Assembly: GCA_963663965.2 (NCBI GenBank)
Contig: CAXXFK010000021.1
Location: 96,218-160,217, forward strand
Direction: 5' to 3'
Origin: Sedimentisphaerales bacterium
GTDB taxonomy: Bacteria > Planctomycetota > Phycisphaerae > Sedimentisphaerales > SM23-30
DNA length: 64,000 bases
In this document: piece by piece, positions 1 through 8,988 of the stretch
How the letters are laid out: each line of letters begins with the position of its first letter
How positions within the stretch are numbered: position 1 is the first letter of the stretch
Program-made: the position numbers and the translations under genes
Notes under the pieces: model-generated
What the model was told of the DNA's origin: nothing
Database searches by the model: none
What the model saw: only the letters and a program-made list of their open reading frames with translations

Positions 1-2
1 AT

Positions 3-464
3 GCCTTCCGCAAACTTCTCACTGAACGGATGATCGTTTTCGATCCTGCCGACCTTGACGAACACCGCCTGAGCGTCGAGGCCATGACCGCCTCCATGCA
101 GGGCCGCAAAGTCATCGAACTGGAGGTCCTGGGCGAAACCATGTCCTTCGATGTCAGCGAATTGATGCAGGTCTCAGGCGATATCCACAGCCAGATCTAC
201 GCCCGGGATTTCATGCTCATTGATCAGGCCGATATGATCGTCAGCTACATCCCGCGCCTGGCCGATGGCCGGCCCGGTCTGTCCAGCGGGGTCGAACGTG
301 AACTTCAGCATGCCCACGAAGCCACACGTGAGGTCTACGTCATCTGGCGTCCCGAATCAACCCCCTCACCGTTCATCACCGAAACGGCTACCCGGGTATT
401 CAGTTCGGTCGATGAGGCCATTGAATACTTTATAAAAAAGAAATATATTAAATCGTCGAATTAA
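3..464 (+). CDS. 5'-truncated protein with a C-terminal nucleoside 2-deoxyribosyltransferase-like domain
   Basis: Frame is open to the window edge (AFRKLLTERM...). Motifs RDFMLIDQADMIV and SSGVERELQHA resemble the NDT-like D..D / S.G...E pattern. Confidence 0.45.
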   Translation, partial: AFRKLLTERMIVFDPADLDEHRLSVEAMTASMQGRKVIELEVLGETMSFDVSELMQVSGDIHSQIYARDFMLIDQADMIVSYIPRLADGRPGLSSGVERELQHAHEATREVYVIWRPESTPSPFITETATRVFSSVDEAIEYFIKKKYIKSSN

Positions 465-483
465 ACACCGGAAGGATTCCCTC

Positions 484-1059
484 ATGAAAGCGATCGCGTT
501 TAACGGAAGTGCCCGCAGCAACGGCAATACCGCCATACTGATTAATCACGTCTTTCAGGAACTGAATCAGGAAGGGATCGAAACCGAACTCGTTGAACTG
601 GCCGGCCATCATCTGCGTGGCTGCCTGGCCTGTGGCGCCTGCTTTAAAAACAAAGACCGTAAATGCATTATTGCTAATGATGAGTTGAACGGCTATGTCG
701 AAAAAATGGCGGCCGCCGATGCCATCATTCTGGGTTCCCCGGTCTATTTTGCCGATCTGACCAGCGAATTGAAAGCGCTCATTGACCGGGCAGGCATGGT
801 GGGACGCGCCAATGATGAATTATATAAACGTAAAGTTGGTGCCGCGGTTGTCGCCGCCCGCCGGGGTGGTCCGGTTCACGCGTTTCATTCGATCAACAGC
901 TTCTTCCTCATCAGCCAGATGATCATCCCCGGTTCCATCTACTGGAATATGGGGTTTGGCCGCGAAAAGGGCGAGGTCGAAAAAGATGAAGAAGGATTGT
1001 TAACCATGAAAATGCTGGGGCAGAATATCGCCTGGTTACTTCAAAAAATCAACGGTTGA
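484..1059 (+). CDS. Flavodoxin-family iron-sulfur flavoprotein
   Basis: NGSAR..GNT FMN-binding loop, CLACGAC...C cluster motif, GSPVYF. Confidence 0.9.
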   Translation: MKAIAFNGSARSNGNTAILINHVFQELNQEGIETELVELAGHHLRGCLACGACFKNKDRKCIIANDELNGYVEKMAAADAIILGSPVYFADLTSELKALIDRAGMVGRANDELYKRKVGAAVVAARRGGPVHAFHSINSFFLISQMIIPGSIYWNMGFGREKGEVEKDEEGLLTMKMLGQNIAWLLQKING

Positions 1060-1826
1060 CCATGCTCAGCCCTCAGGACCAACAAACCACCCGGCAGATC
1101 GCAAAACTCTTAACTAATTGCCATCGGGTCCTTTTTATCACCGGCGCCGGTATCTCCGTAGATTCCGGACTGCCCACCTATCGTGGCATCGGTGGACTTT
1201 ATGGTGATATGGCTACCGGCGAAGGGTACGCGATCGAAGAAATTCTCTCCGGGGATATGTTTAAAATCAGGCCCGAACTGACCTGGAAATATATCGCCCA
1301 ACTGGAAGCCACCTGCCGCGGAGCCCGCTACAATCCAGCTCACAAAATTATTGCGGAAGCCCGACACCTCTTCAAAACCGCCCTCGTCCTCACCCAGAAT
1401 ATCGACGGCTTTCACCACGATGCCGGTTCTGCCGATATTATTGACATCCACGGCAACCTGCGTGATCTGATTTGCACCCAATGCGATTGGACAGAACACG
1501 TTACAGACTATCGCCATCTTTCCATCCCGCCATATTGCCCCGATTGCGCCGCGATAATCAGGCCGGACGTGGTCCTCTTTGGTGAATTACTGCCCGAAAC
1601 CAAATACCATCGCCTGATCAGTGAAGTTGAAACGGGCTTCGATGCCGTCTTTTCAATCGGCACATCAAGCCTCTTCCCCTATATCTCCTATCCCGTCTGG
1701 CACGCCAGACAAGCCGGTGCGATAACGATTGAAATCAATCCGGATATGACTGAGGTCTCCAGAATCGTCGATTATAAAATCAATGCCGGCGCCAGCGATG
1801 CGTTAACCGCAATATTTGCGCATTAA
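1056..1826 (+). CDS. cobB: NAD-dependent protein deacylase (sirtuin)
   Basis: TGAGIS..SGLPTYRG, TQNIDG.H, HG, CxxC...CxxC, RPDVVLFGE, IGTS motifs. Confidence 0.92.
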   Translation: MTMLSPQDQQTTRQIAKLLTNCHRVLFITGAGISVDSGLPTYRGIGGLYGDMATGEGYAIEEILSGDMFKIRPELTWKYIAQLEATCRGARYNPAHKIIAEARHLFKTALVLTQNIDGFHHDAGSADIIDIHGNLRDLICTQCDWTEHVTDYRHLSIPPYCPDCAAIIRPDVVLFGELLPETKYHRLISEVETGFDAVFSIGTSSLFPYISYPVWHARQAGAITIEINPDMTEVSRIVDYKINAGASDALTAIFAH

Positions 1827-1828
1827 AA

Positions 1829-1860
1829 AAGCCGATCCGTAAATTGAATCGGCTTGATTT
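1829..1860. terminator. Probable bidirectional intrinsic terminator between convergent genes
   Basis: Inverted repeat aagccgat (1829-1836) / atcggctt (1848-1855) with an A-run on the left. Confidence 0.6.
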
Positions 1861-1876
1861 ATGGTTCGATTCTCCA

Positions 1877-2683
1877 TTACGCACTCTTTTTGCGGCGTAT
1901 GGTTAGCATTCCTACCCCTGCCAGCGCCAGAAATGCCGCACCGGGGACGGGTACGATTGCCGGGGTGGCCTGCGGCGGACCGGCCAGGATGACCGTTTCA
2001 TTAATATAGGTACCGCTTAAGCTGCCCGGCCATACCTTTAAATTCAATCCAACAATCAGATTCCTGTTATTGATCGCTGTCAGAATATCGCTGGTTCCCT
2101 CGGCAGTAAACGAAAAGGAAATGGATTCATCCTTTTCAACCCGGGCATCATCATCCGCGTTATTGAAATCGACAGGATTTCCTGCCGCGGAAAGTGACAG
2201 GTCCAATCCCGTTAAAAGACTGTTGGATGACAAAGGACCATAACTGTTCCCTTTGGCGCTATCGAACAGATACACCGAGGAAACCGCTGAGTTGGACAGG
2301 TCATTCAACGCTTTCTTAAGAAAATAATCCACCCCACTGTCGCCGCCATTATCTGCGTCATAAACAGTGGGATTACTCAGAATAAATTCTTCACCGGTTG
2401 TGGCAAAAAATATGGAATCGATCATTGCCTGCTTTTTGCCGTTACCCGTGGTCATATCAATATTGTTCTGAATAGTAAAATAAACAATACCTTCATTATC
2501 CACTTCACCATAAACCAGCGTCAGTCCATCGCCAAAATCACCCAGTTGGGAACTCTTGCCCAAAATCGGCTGAAAATAAGTCTGGCCTGCAAATGAAAGC
2601 GTACCTAACAACAACACAAAATAAACAATTTTGAGTTTTTCCACTTTACTGTTCCTACTAAAAAGAGTCATTATCTCAAACAA
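1877..2683 (-). CDS. Secreted protein with PEP-CTERM-like (VPVPGA) exosortase sorting signal
   Basis: N-terminal hydrophobic signal; C-terminus VPVPGAAFLALAGVGMLTIRRKKSA (motif + TM + basic tail). Start codon uncertain. Confidence 0.75.
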   Translation of the reverse strand: MFEIMTLFSRNSKVEKLKIVYFVLLLGTLSFAGQTYFQPILGKSSQLGDFGDGLTLVYGEVDNEGIVYFTIQNNIDMTTGNGKKQAMIDSIFFATTGEEFILSNPTVYDADNGGDSGVDYFLKKALNDLSNSAVSSVYLFDSAKGNSYGPLSSNSLLTGLDLSLSAAGNPVDFNNADDDARVEKDESISFSFTAEGTSDILTAINNRNLIVGLNLKVWPGSLSGTYINETVILAGPPQATPAIVPVPGAAFLALAGVGMLTIRRKKSA

Positions 2684-2943
2684 CTCTTCTCCTCTTAAGA
2701 TTCTCTTCTTTTAAATAGTATGCCAGACTGTTTATTTTTTTCCAGAAAAAAAGCGCTACTTTTTATCGGACATTGCTTAAATCGCGCGATATATATCGCA
2801 TGATCCTATATTTCAACCACTTACAAACGCCATCCCTTGCCCGTTTTTTTACTGGTTACCCAGAATTCCCTGGATATTTTCCGAACTTATGCCCATCTTG
2901 CCTACACAGATCTCCTCTCTCAACCGGAGTTTCAATTTAGTTC

Positions 2944-2972
2944 TTGCCTGAAAATCATAATCTGGTTATAGT
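2944..2972 (+). promoter_or_regulatory. sigma70-type promoter of rpsO
   Basis: TTGCCT-N17-TATAGT upstream of rpsO. Confidence 0.6.
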
Positions 2973-3107
2973 GGTGAACTTGGAGTCTGTATATGGACAC
3001 CCTTTTTACTGAATAAACACGGTGTTTATTCGATCTTTATTATCAGGGATATACTTCTATGCTGAATGTCTCCGTAGTTCGGATCATTCGGGGAAGGAAC
3101 GTAATTT

Positions 3108-3374
3108 ATGTCAAACAAAGAAGTTAAAACTAAAACGATTCAGGATTATGCCACCCACCAAGGGGATACTGGCTCACCGGAAGTCCAGGTAGCGATTCTG
3201 ACTCAGAGAATCAATCACCTGACCGGTCACTTGAAAAGCCATAAAAAAGACCATGCCTCACGACGTGGTTTGCTCATGATGGTCGGTAAAAGAAATCGTC
3301 TGCTCAAATATTTGCAGCAAATCAACTATGAACGCTATACCTCGCTGATTAAGCGTCTGGGATTGCGTAAGTAA
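3108..3374 (+). CDS. rpsO: 30S ribosomal protein S15
   Basis: [13 protein letters not shown]...[29 protein letters not shown]; directly upstream of pnp. Confidence 0.99.
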   Translation: MSNKEVKTKTIQDYATHQGDTGSPEVQVAILTQRINHLTGHLKSHKKDHASRRGLLMMVGKRNRLLKYLQQINYERYTSLIKRLGLRK

Positions 3375-3429
3375 AAGAGATATCACAGTGCTTTCTGTTA
3401 ATATCGCTTCTAATGCTTCAAAAATCTTA

Positions 3430-3472
3430 AAAAGGGTTCGCCGAACTGTTACGGAGAACCCTTTTGTTTTTT
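3430..3472 (+). terminator. Intrinsic terminator after rpsO
   Basis: aaaagggttc...gaaccctttt stem followed by a T-tract. Confidence 0.75.
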
Positions 3473-3620
3473 CGGTGTAGTTTTTATCTTGATTATCTCA
3501 AATCATAAATATTGATAAGTAATTTGTTATCATGAAGTTAAATTTAATTGTGTCTGATGGAAGTAGTAGTATTTTTGTCGGTAAGTAGTATAGGAATAAT
3601 TTTTTGACAGGTAGTTGGCT

Positions 3621-5750
3621 ATGACAATGATTTACAAAGTAGAAAAAGAAATTGCGGGTCGTACATTAAGATTAGAAACTGGTAAACTGGCCAAACAATC
3701 CCATGGCTCGGTTTTGGTGAGTTATGGAGAAACAATCGTTCTGGCAACCGTGGTCTATGCCGATCCACGGGAGGACTGCGACTTCTTCCCCTTGACCGTG
3801 GATTACCGTGAGCGAACCGCCGCTGCCGGTAAATTCCCCGGTGGATTTATCAAGCGGGAAGGACGCCCCAGTACCAAAGAAATTCTCACCATGCGGATGA
3901 TCGATCGGCCGCTTCGCCCATTATTCCCTAAAGGGTTCTTTAATGAGGTGCAGATTCAGACCATGGTGCTCTCCGCCGATCTGCAGAATGAACCCGATAT
4001 CCTGGCCATGATCGGCGCCTCCGCATGTCTGGCCATCTCCGAAATTCCTTTCGACGGCCCCCTTGGCGCAGTCCGTATTGGCCGGATTAACGACAATTTC
4101 GTGATTAATCCAACTTATCGCGAACTGGAAGAATCATCATTGGAACTGGTTCTGGGCGGCACCCGGGATCTGCCCAATATGATCGAAATTAAAGCCACCG
4201 AGCTTCCCGAAGAGGTCATCGCCGATGCCATAGAATTCGGCCATAAAACCATTGTGGAGATCTGTGACTTGATCAGCGAACTGGCCCAGGCCTGTGGCAA
4301 AGAAAAAATCGCCTTTGAAGTTCCCGATACCGCTCCAGTAGTGAAAATGTTACACGAAAAAATCGGCCAGGATTTCATTGCCGCCCGCGCTATTGAAGGC
4401 AAAAAAGAACGCGACAATACCATCGATGCTTTGTTCGATAAATTCAAAGAGGAAATCTTCCCCGAAAACTCCGACCAGCCCCCGCTATTCGAACCCTCCC
4501 TGGTCAGCCTGGCGATCGAAGACTTTAAAACCGAAATCATTCGTACCGATCTCATGCAAAACCGGCGCGCCGCCAATCGTGGCATGGATGAAATTCGTAC
4601 CCTGAGTTGCGAAGTCGGCTTGCTGCCCCGCACCCATGGCTCAGCCCTGTTCACCCGCGGCGAAACCCAGTCCATGGTCTCGATCACTCTCGGAACCACG
4701 TCTGATGAACAGATCATTGATGGGCTCCAGGAAGAATACGGCCAGCGCTTTATGCTCCATTACAGCTTCCCGCCCTTCTGCGTCGGCGAAGTCCGCCGCA
4801 TTACCGGGCCGGGCCGCCGTGAAATCGGACATGGCGCCCTTGCCGAAAAATCGCTCGAACCGATTATCCCCAGCAAAGAAAAATTCCCCTATACCATTCG
4901 CATCAACAGCGATGTCCTCGAATCCAACGGATCCAGTTCCATGGCCACCGTCTGCGGCGGAACCCTCGCCCTCATGGATGCCGGCGTGCCAATCAAACGG
5001 CCCGTCGCGGGTATCTCCATCGGTATGGTCAGTGAAGGAGACAAATACCTGCTTCTCACCGATATCCTGGGCGAAGAAGACCACTTCGGCGACATGGACT
5101 TCAAAGTCGCCGGCTCCCAGAAAGGCATCACCGGTATCCAACTCGACCTGAAAGCCCGTGGCCTTAAATTCGAAATCATCCGGGAAGTCCTCCAGCGCGC
5201 CCGTGACGCCCGCATCGCCATCCTGAAACATATGCTCCAGGCGATCGATAAACCGCGTCCGGAAACCTCCGAATACGCCCCGCGTATCACCACCATCACC
5301 ATCCCGGTCGATATGATCGGCGCGGTCATTGGCCCCGGCGGTCGCGAAATCAAACGCATTCAGGAAAGCACCGGCACCAAGATCGATATCGAAGACGATG
5401 GCACTGTCCACATTTCCTGTGTGGGTGGCGATGGCCACATGCGCGCCCGCTCCATTGTCGAATTAATGACCATGCCCCTGCAGGTTGGCAAGGTTTACGA
5501 AGGCCGCGTGGTCTCTATCAAAGAGTTCGGCGCCTTTATCGAACTGGCGCCCGGCCGCGAAGGACTCTGCCACGTCAGTGAACTGTCCGGCAGCTTCGTG
5601 AAAAACGTCAGCGACTTCTGCAAAGTCAATGACATGCTCACTGTCAAAGTCATCGCCGTCGATCCCCAGGGCCGCATCAAACTGTCCCACAAAGCCGTTG
5701 AAAAGAAAAGCGGCAAGAAACCGGAACAGGAAAATAACGAAGAATCCTGA
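3621..5750 (+). CDS. pnp: Polyribonucleotide nucleotidyltransferase (PNPase)
   Basis: DFFPLTVDY, GGFIKREGRP, RREIGHG, SNGSSSMA, GDMDFKVAG, C-terminal KH and S1 domains. Confidence 0.99.
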   Translation: MTMIYKVEKEIAGRTLRLETGKLAKQSHGSVLVSYGETIVLATVVYADPREDCDFFPLTVDYRERTAAAGKFPGGFIKREGRPSTKEILTMRMIDRPLRPLFPKGFFNEVQIQTMVLSADLQNEPDILAMIGASACLAISEIPFDGPLGAVRIGRINDNFVINPTYRELEESSLELVLGGTRDLPNMIEIKATELPEEVIADAIEFGHKTIVEICDLISELAQACGKEKIAFEVPDTAPVVKMLHEKIGQDFIAARAIEGKKERDNTIDALFDKFKEEIFPENSDQPPLFEPSLVSLAIEDFKTEIIRTDLMQNRRAANRGMDEIRTLSCEVGLLPRTHGSALFTRGETQSMVSITLGTTSDEQIIDGLQEEYGQRFMLHYSFPPFCVGEVRRITGPGRREIGHGALAEKSLEPIIPSKEKFPYTIRINSDVLESNGSSSMATVCGGTLALMDAGVPIKRPVAGISIGMVSEGDKYLLLTDILGEEDHFGDMDFKVAGSQKGITGIQLDLKARGLKFEIIREVLQRARDARIAILKHMLQAIDKPRPETSEYAPRITTITIPVDMIGAVIGPGGREIKRIQESTGTKIDIEDDGTVHISCVGGDGHMRARSIVELMTMPLQVGKVYEGRVVSIKEFGAFIELAPGREGLCHVSELSGSFVKNVSDFCKVNDMLTVKVIAVDPQGRIKLSHKAVEKKSGKKPEQENNEES

Positions 5751-5779
5751 ATCCCGATTTAATAACCAGACCAACAGCT

Positions 5780-5808
5780 GGCCGTTGACTTCAACGGCCG
5801 GTTTTTTT
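5780..5808 (+). terminator. Intrinsic terminator after pnp
   Basis: ggccgttga-ct-tcaacggcc followed by a T7 run. Confidence 0.8.
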
Positions 5809-6430
5809 ATTTCAATTTCTTTTTACCCGCCAGCGCCAAAATCAATTCAACCTCGCCAATCGGCCGGGACATTCTTCGCGCGATCTCCAAAGCATTATTG
5901 CCCTGATCAGCCATCCGAATCACCTCCCTGGCCTCCGGAGACAAGCGCTCATAGTCGATTTCTATCACTGGCGCGACCACTTCATCCTCCTCCTCGTCAA
6001 CCTCAGATATCTCCACGACCTGACTCGCTGCCAGGTTCCCGGTCACCAGACTATCCTCATTCGACCCGTCCTGTTTCTCCAGCCGTTCCAGTATTTCCTC
6101 AGCCCGCTCCATCAAAATCTCCAACCGCGCGATTCGGGTATCGATCTGAGAGTTAATCTGGCGCGACAGGTCTGCCAGCGTCGCCATATATTCACCCGCC
6201 TGATCGATCACCTGGTGATTCGACGCCTTTTGCCGGGCAACTTTCTCTTCCACCGACAAATAATTATGCATTCGAGACCGTTCCACCCGCCGCCAGGTTG
6301 TCCGCAGCATGAAAAAAGCCACCAGTATAATAATCCCCAGCCAGAAATAATGCTGCGGTACAATATCCAGCAACCGCTTGGCGGGCTGATCCTCGGCCAG
6401 AATACTGCTTATGATTACTGAATTCATCAT
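5807..6430 (-). CDS. Membrane-anchored coiled-coil protein with a DUF2802-like C-terminal HTH
   Basis: One TM segment and a coiled coil; ends LEIARRMSRPIGEVELILAL. ATG at 6430 overlaps the larC TGA (ATGA). Confidence 0.6.
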   Translation of the reverse strand: MMNSVIISSILAEDQPAKRLLDIVPQHYFWLGIIILVAFFMLRTTWRRVERSRMHNYLSVEEKVARQKASNHQVIDQAGEYMATLADLSRQINSQIDTRIARLEILMERAEEILERLEKQDGSNEDSLVTGNLAASQVVEISEVDEEEDEVVAPVIEIDYERLSPEAREVIRMADQGNNALEIARRMSRPIGEVELILALAGKKKLK

Positions 6431-7629
6431 TTGACTGTTGTGTCCATCCGTTCCCAAGCCAGCAGCGCCGCGTGAATCACGGTCTTCAATGGCACGCCAG
6501 ACCGGCTTGCCGCGTTCTGACAATCGCCATACTCCGGCGCGACATTCCGCCGTACACCCTCCGCGCTCCGGGCAATTTTCATCCCAATCGGCCCATACAC
6601 GGTTTCAACCGTCGCAAACTCGCGCTCCAGGATATGGCGCCGGCATGCCATCCGCCGTATCCCCAGCGTCGGCGTCTGCTCAAATAACAGCATCTCAATT
6701 TGAAGCGCCTGTTCTGGCCGGCAAATCACCGTCAATTCCACCCCGGGCCGGTTCTTCTTCATGCCGATAGCCGTATAATACACATCCAGCGCCCCCGCTG
6801 CAAGCAGCAGTTCGCTGACATAGCCAACCACCTGACCGCTCACATCGTCAAGACTGGTCACCAACACCACCACATCCTCCAGCTTAACCCCATCCCCCTG
6901 ACCATCTTCACCAACGGTAAGCCGAACCACATTGGGTATGTTTTCAAATACTTTCTGACCCGCGCCATAACCCGTCGCGACCGCCGTCATCGCCGGGGTC
7001 GGCCCGAATTGTTTCGCCAGTGTCTTCAAAATCGCCGCGCCCGTCGGCGTCAGCAACTCGCCCCCGGCCTCACCCGCCACCACCGGGATCCCTTTAATCA
7101 ATTCAGCCGTAGCCGGCGCCGGCACCGGCAGCACCCCATGTTCACACCGCACGGTCCCGCTGCCCACGGCCAGAGCCGAGCTGTAGACCACATCGATCCC
7201 CAGCAACTCCAGCGCCACACATGCCCCGACAATATCCACAATCGCGTCCGCCGCGCCCACTTCATGAAAATGCACTTGATACAGTGGTATATCGTGAACC
7301 CGCGCCTCCGCCTCACCCAACCCATTAAAAATCAACAAAGCATTATCCTTCACCCACTGACTGAGCCGGCCTCTCTGAATAATATCAAATATCGCCGGCA
7401 AATGTCTATGGTGATGCCCACCATCATAATCGCCCTGAATCACCGGCGTAAACAGGGTCGCGGCAATCCCGTTCCGCTGCACCTTTTCTTTCTGCAAACG
7501 CACCTCAGCCAGCCCCAGCGAGTCGATCTGTTCACAGAACGCCTCCCAGTCAGCCCCGGCATCGAGGCAGGCCCCCACGATCATGTCTCCGGCCGCGCCG
7601 GAAAAACAGTCAAAATACGCAATCTTCAA
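6427..7629 (-). CDS. larC: LarC-family nickel insertion protein
   Basis: YFDCFSGAAGDM, His-rich segment, VHFHEVGAADAIVDIVG, PVPAPAT, ELLTPTGAA, MKKNRPG, PEY.DC. Confidence 0.93.
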   Translation of the reverse strand: MKIAYFDCFSGAAGDMIVGACLDAGADWEAFCEQIDSLGLAEVRLQKEKVQRNGIAATLFTPVIQGDYDGGHHHRHLPAIFDIIQRGRLSQWVKDNALLIFNGLGEAEARVHDIPLYQVHFHEVGAADAIVDIVGACVALELLGIDVVYSSALAVGSGTVRCEHGVLPVPAPATAELIKGIPVVAGEAGGELLTPTGAAILKTLAKQFGPTPAMTAVATGYGAGQKVFENIPNVVRLTVGEDGQGDGVKLEDVVVLVTSLDDVSGQVVGYVSELLLAAGALDVYYTAIGMKKNRPGVELTVICRPEQALQIEMLLFEQTPTLGIRRMACRRHILEREFATVETVYGPIGMKIARSAEGVRRNVAPEYGDCQNAASRSGVPLKTVIHAALLAWERMDTTVK

Positions 7630-7686
7630 TACTGGCCTCTTTATGATAATGGATTTCGCCTGACAGACACCGCCAGGCCGCCAACA

Positions 7687-8676
7687 TCAATATCCCATCG
7701 TCTCCATCTTATACCGCTTCTGGCTCCACCACGCGGGATTTCGCAGATACTCTTTCATGAACAGCGCCGACGCCACACCATCCGCCACCGCCGTCACCAG
7801 CTGCATCGCCGCGCCCGTTCGACAGTCGCCCGCCACAAACACACCCGGCACATTCGTCCGCAGATGCGCCGGATCGCACTGGATAAATCCGCTCTCATCC
7901 AGTTCGACAAAACCTCGCAAAAATCCGGTATTGGGATTCATCCCCACAAAGATAAACACCCCGTCACAGCCCACGTCCTCACTCTGTTCACTCTTAACAT
8001 TCTTGACTGTTGCCGACTCAACCTTATCCCCGCCATTGATACTGGTAACGGTACTATCCAGTTTTAACTCGATCTTGCCACTCTCAACCGCCTCCATCAA
8101 TTCTTCCACCAGCACTTTCTCCGCCCGGAACTCCTGACGGCGATGCACCATAATCACTTTGCTGCAATACTTGGCCAGATGCAGCGTATCCTCAACTGCC
8201 ACATTACCGCCCCCGATCGTCACCACCGTCTTATCCCGGAAGAACGGCGCGTCACAGGTCCCGCAATAACTCACCCCCGTCCCCGCCTGCCGGAACTTGT
8301 CTTCACCCGGCACACCCAACTTGCGATAATCGCTGCCCGGCGACAGAATCACCACCTTCGCCAGATACACATCATCATCCGTCACCACTTCCAGTATCCC
8401 ATCCTCGCGCCGCTTCAATCCCGTAACCTCCGTACTCATCTTGATCTCCGCCCCGAACGTCGTCGCCTGATCCACCATCAACTGCACCAGATCCGGCCCG
8501 CTCACCTGCTTGATCCCCGGATAATTCTCGATCCGATCGGTCAGATTAATCTGCCCCCCCGGCACAAACTTATCCAATACCACCGTCTCAAATCGGTTCC
8601 GCGCCGAATACAACGCCGCACCCAATCCCGCCGGCCCGGCCCCAACAATAACGATCTCTTTTTGTATCTCAGCCAT
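7687..8676 (-). CDS. trxB: Thioredoxin-disulfide reductase
   Basis: GAGPAGL, IENYPG, GVSYCGTCD redox motif, GGGNVAVE, PGVFVAGD. Confidence 0.92.
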   Translation of the reverse strand: MAEIQKEIVIVGAGPAGLGAALYSARNRFETVVLDKFVPGGQINLTDRIENYPGIKQVSGPDLVQLMVDQATTFGAEIKMSTEVTGLKRREDGILEVVTDDDVYLAKVVILSPGSDYRKLGVPGEDKFRQAGTGVSYCGTCDAPFFRDKTVVTIGGGNVAVEDTLHLAKYCSKVIMVHRRQEFRAEKVLVEELMEAVESGKIELKLDSTVTSINGGDKVESATVKNVKSEQSEDVGCDGVFIFVGMNPNTGFLRGFVELDESGFIQCDPAHLRTNVPGVFVAGDCRTGAAMQLVTAVADGVASALFMKEYLRNPAWWSQKRYKMETMGY

Positions 8677-8988
8677 AGTCTATCTCTGCCTTTCTGATCA
8701 ATTTAGATGCATTTTTTCAATTTCGAGGTCCTATCACCTGATATCCCAGTATTTTAGAGCCATTCACACCCGAAGTCAAAACCCGAAAATCCAGTTTTAC
8801 CAAAATACCCGCAACCAATCGCACCACATCTTACCCATTTTAACACCCCTTGCCTCATTTTCCCTTATGATTCTTCCCTCAAATAGTATAAAAATTTGGG
8901 TACCTCCAAAACAATTTGAGAGGCACCCATAAGATTGGCCAATAATTCCACGGCAGAGAATCTGTTGTCAGGAATATCGTCGTACAGG

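Noticed and set aside
1056..1826. Sir2-type anti-phage NADase (Thoeris/DSR)
   Set aside because: Standard Zn-binding CobB-type sirtuin of normal length with no defence partner.
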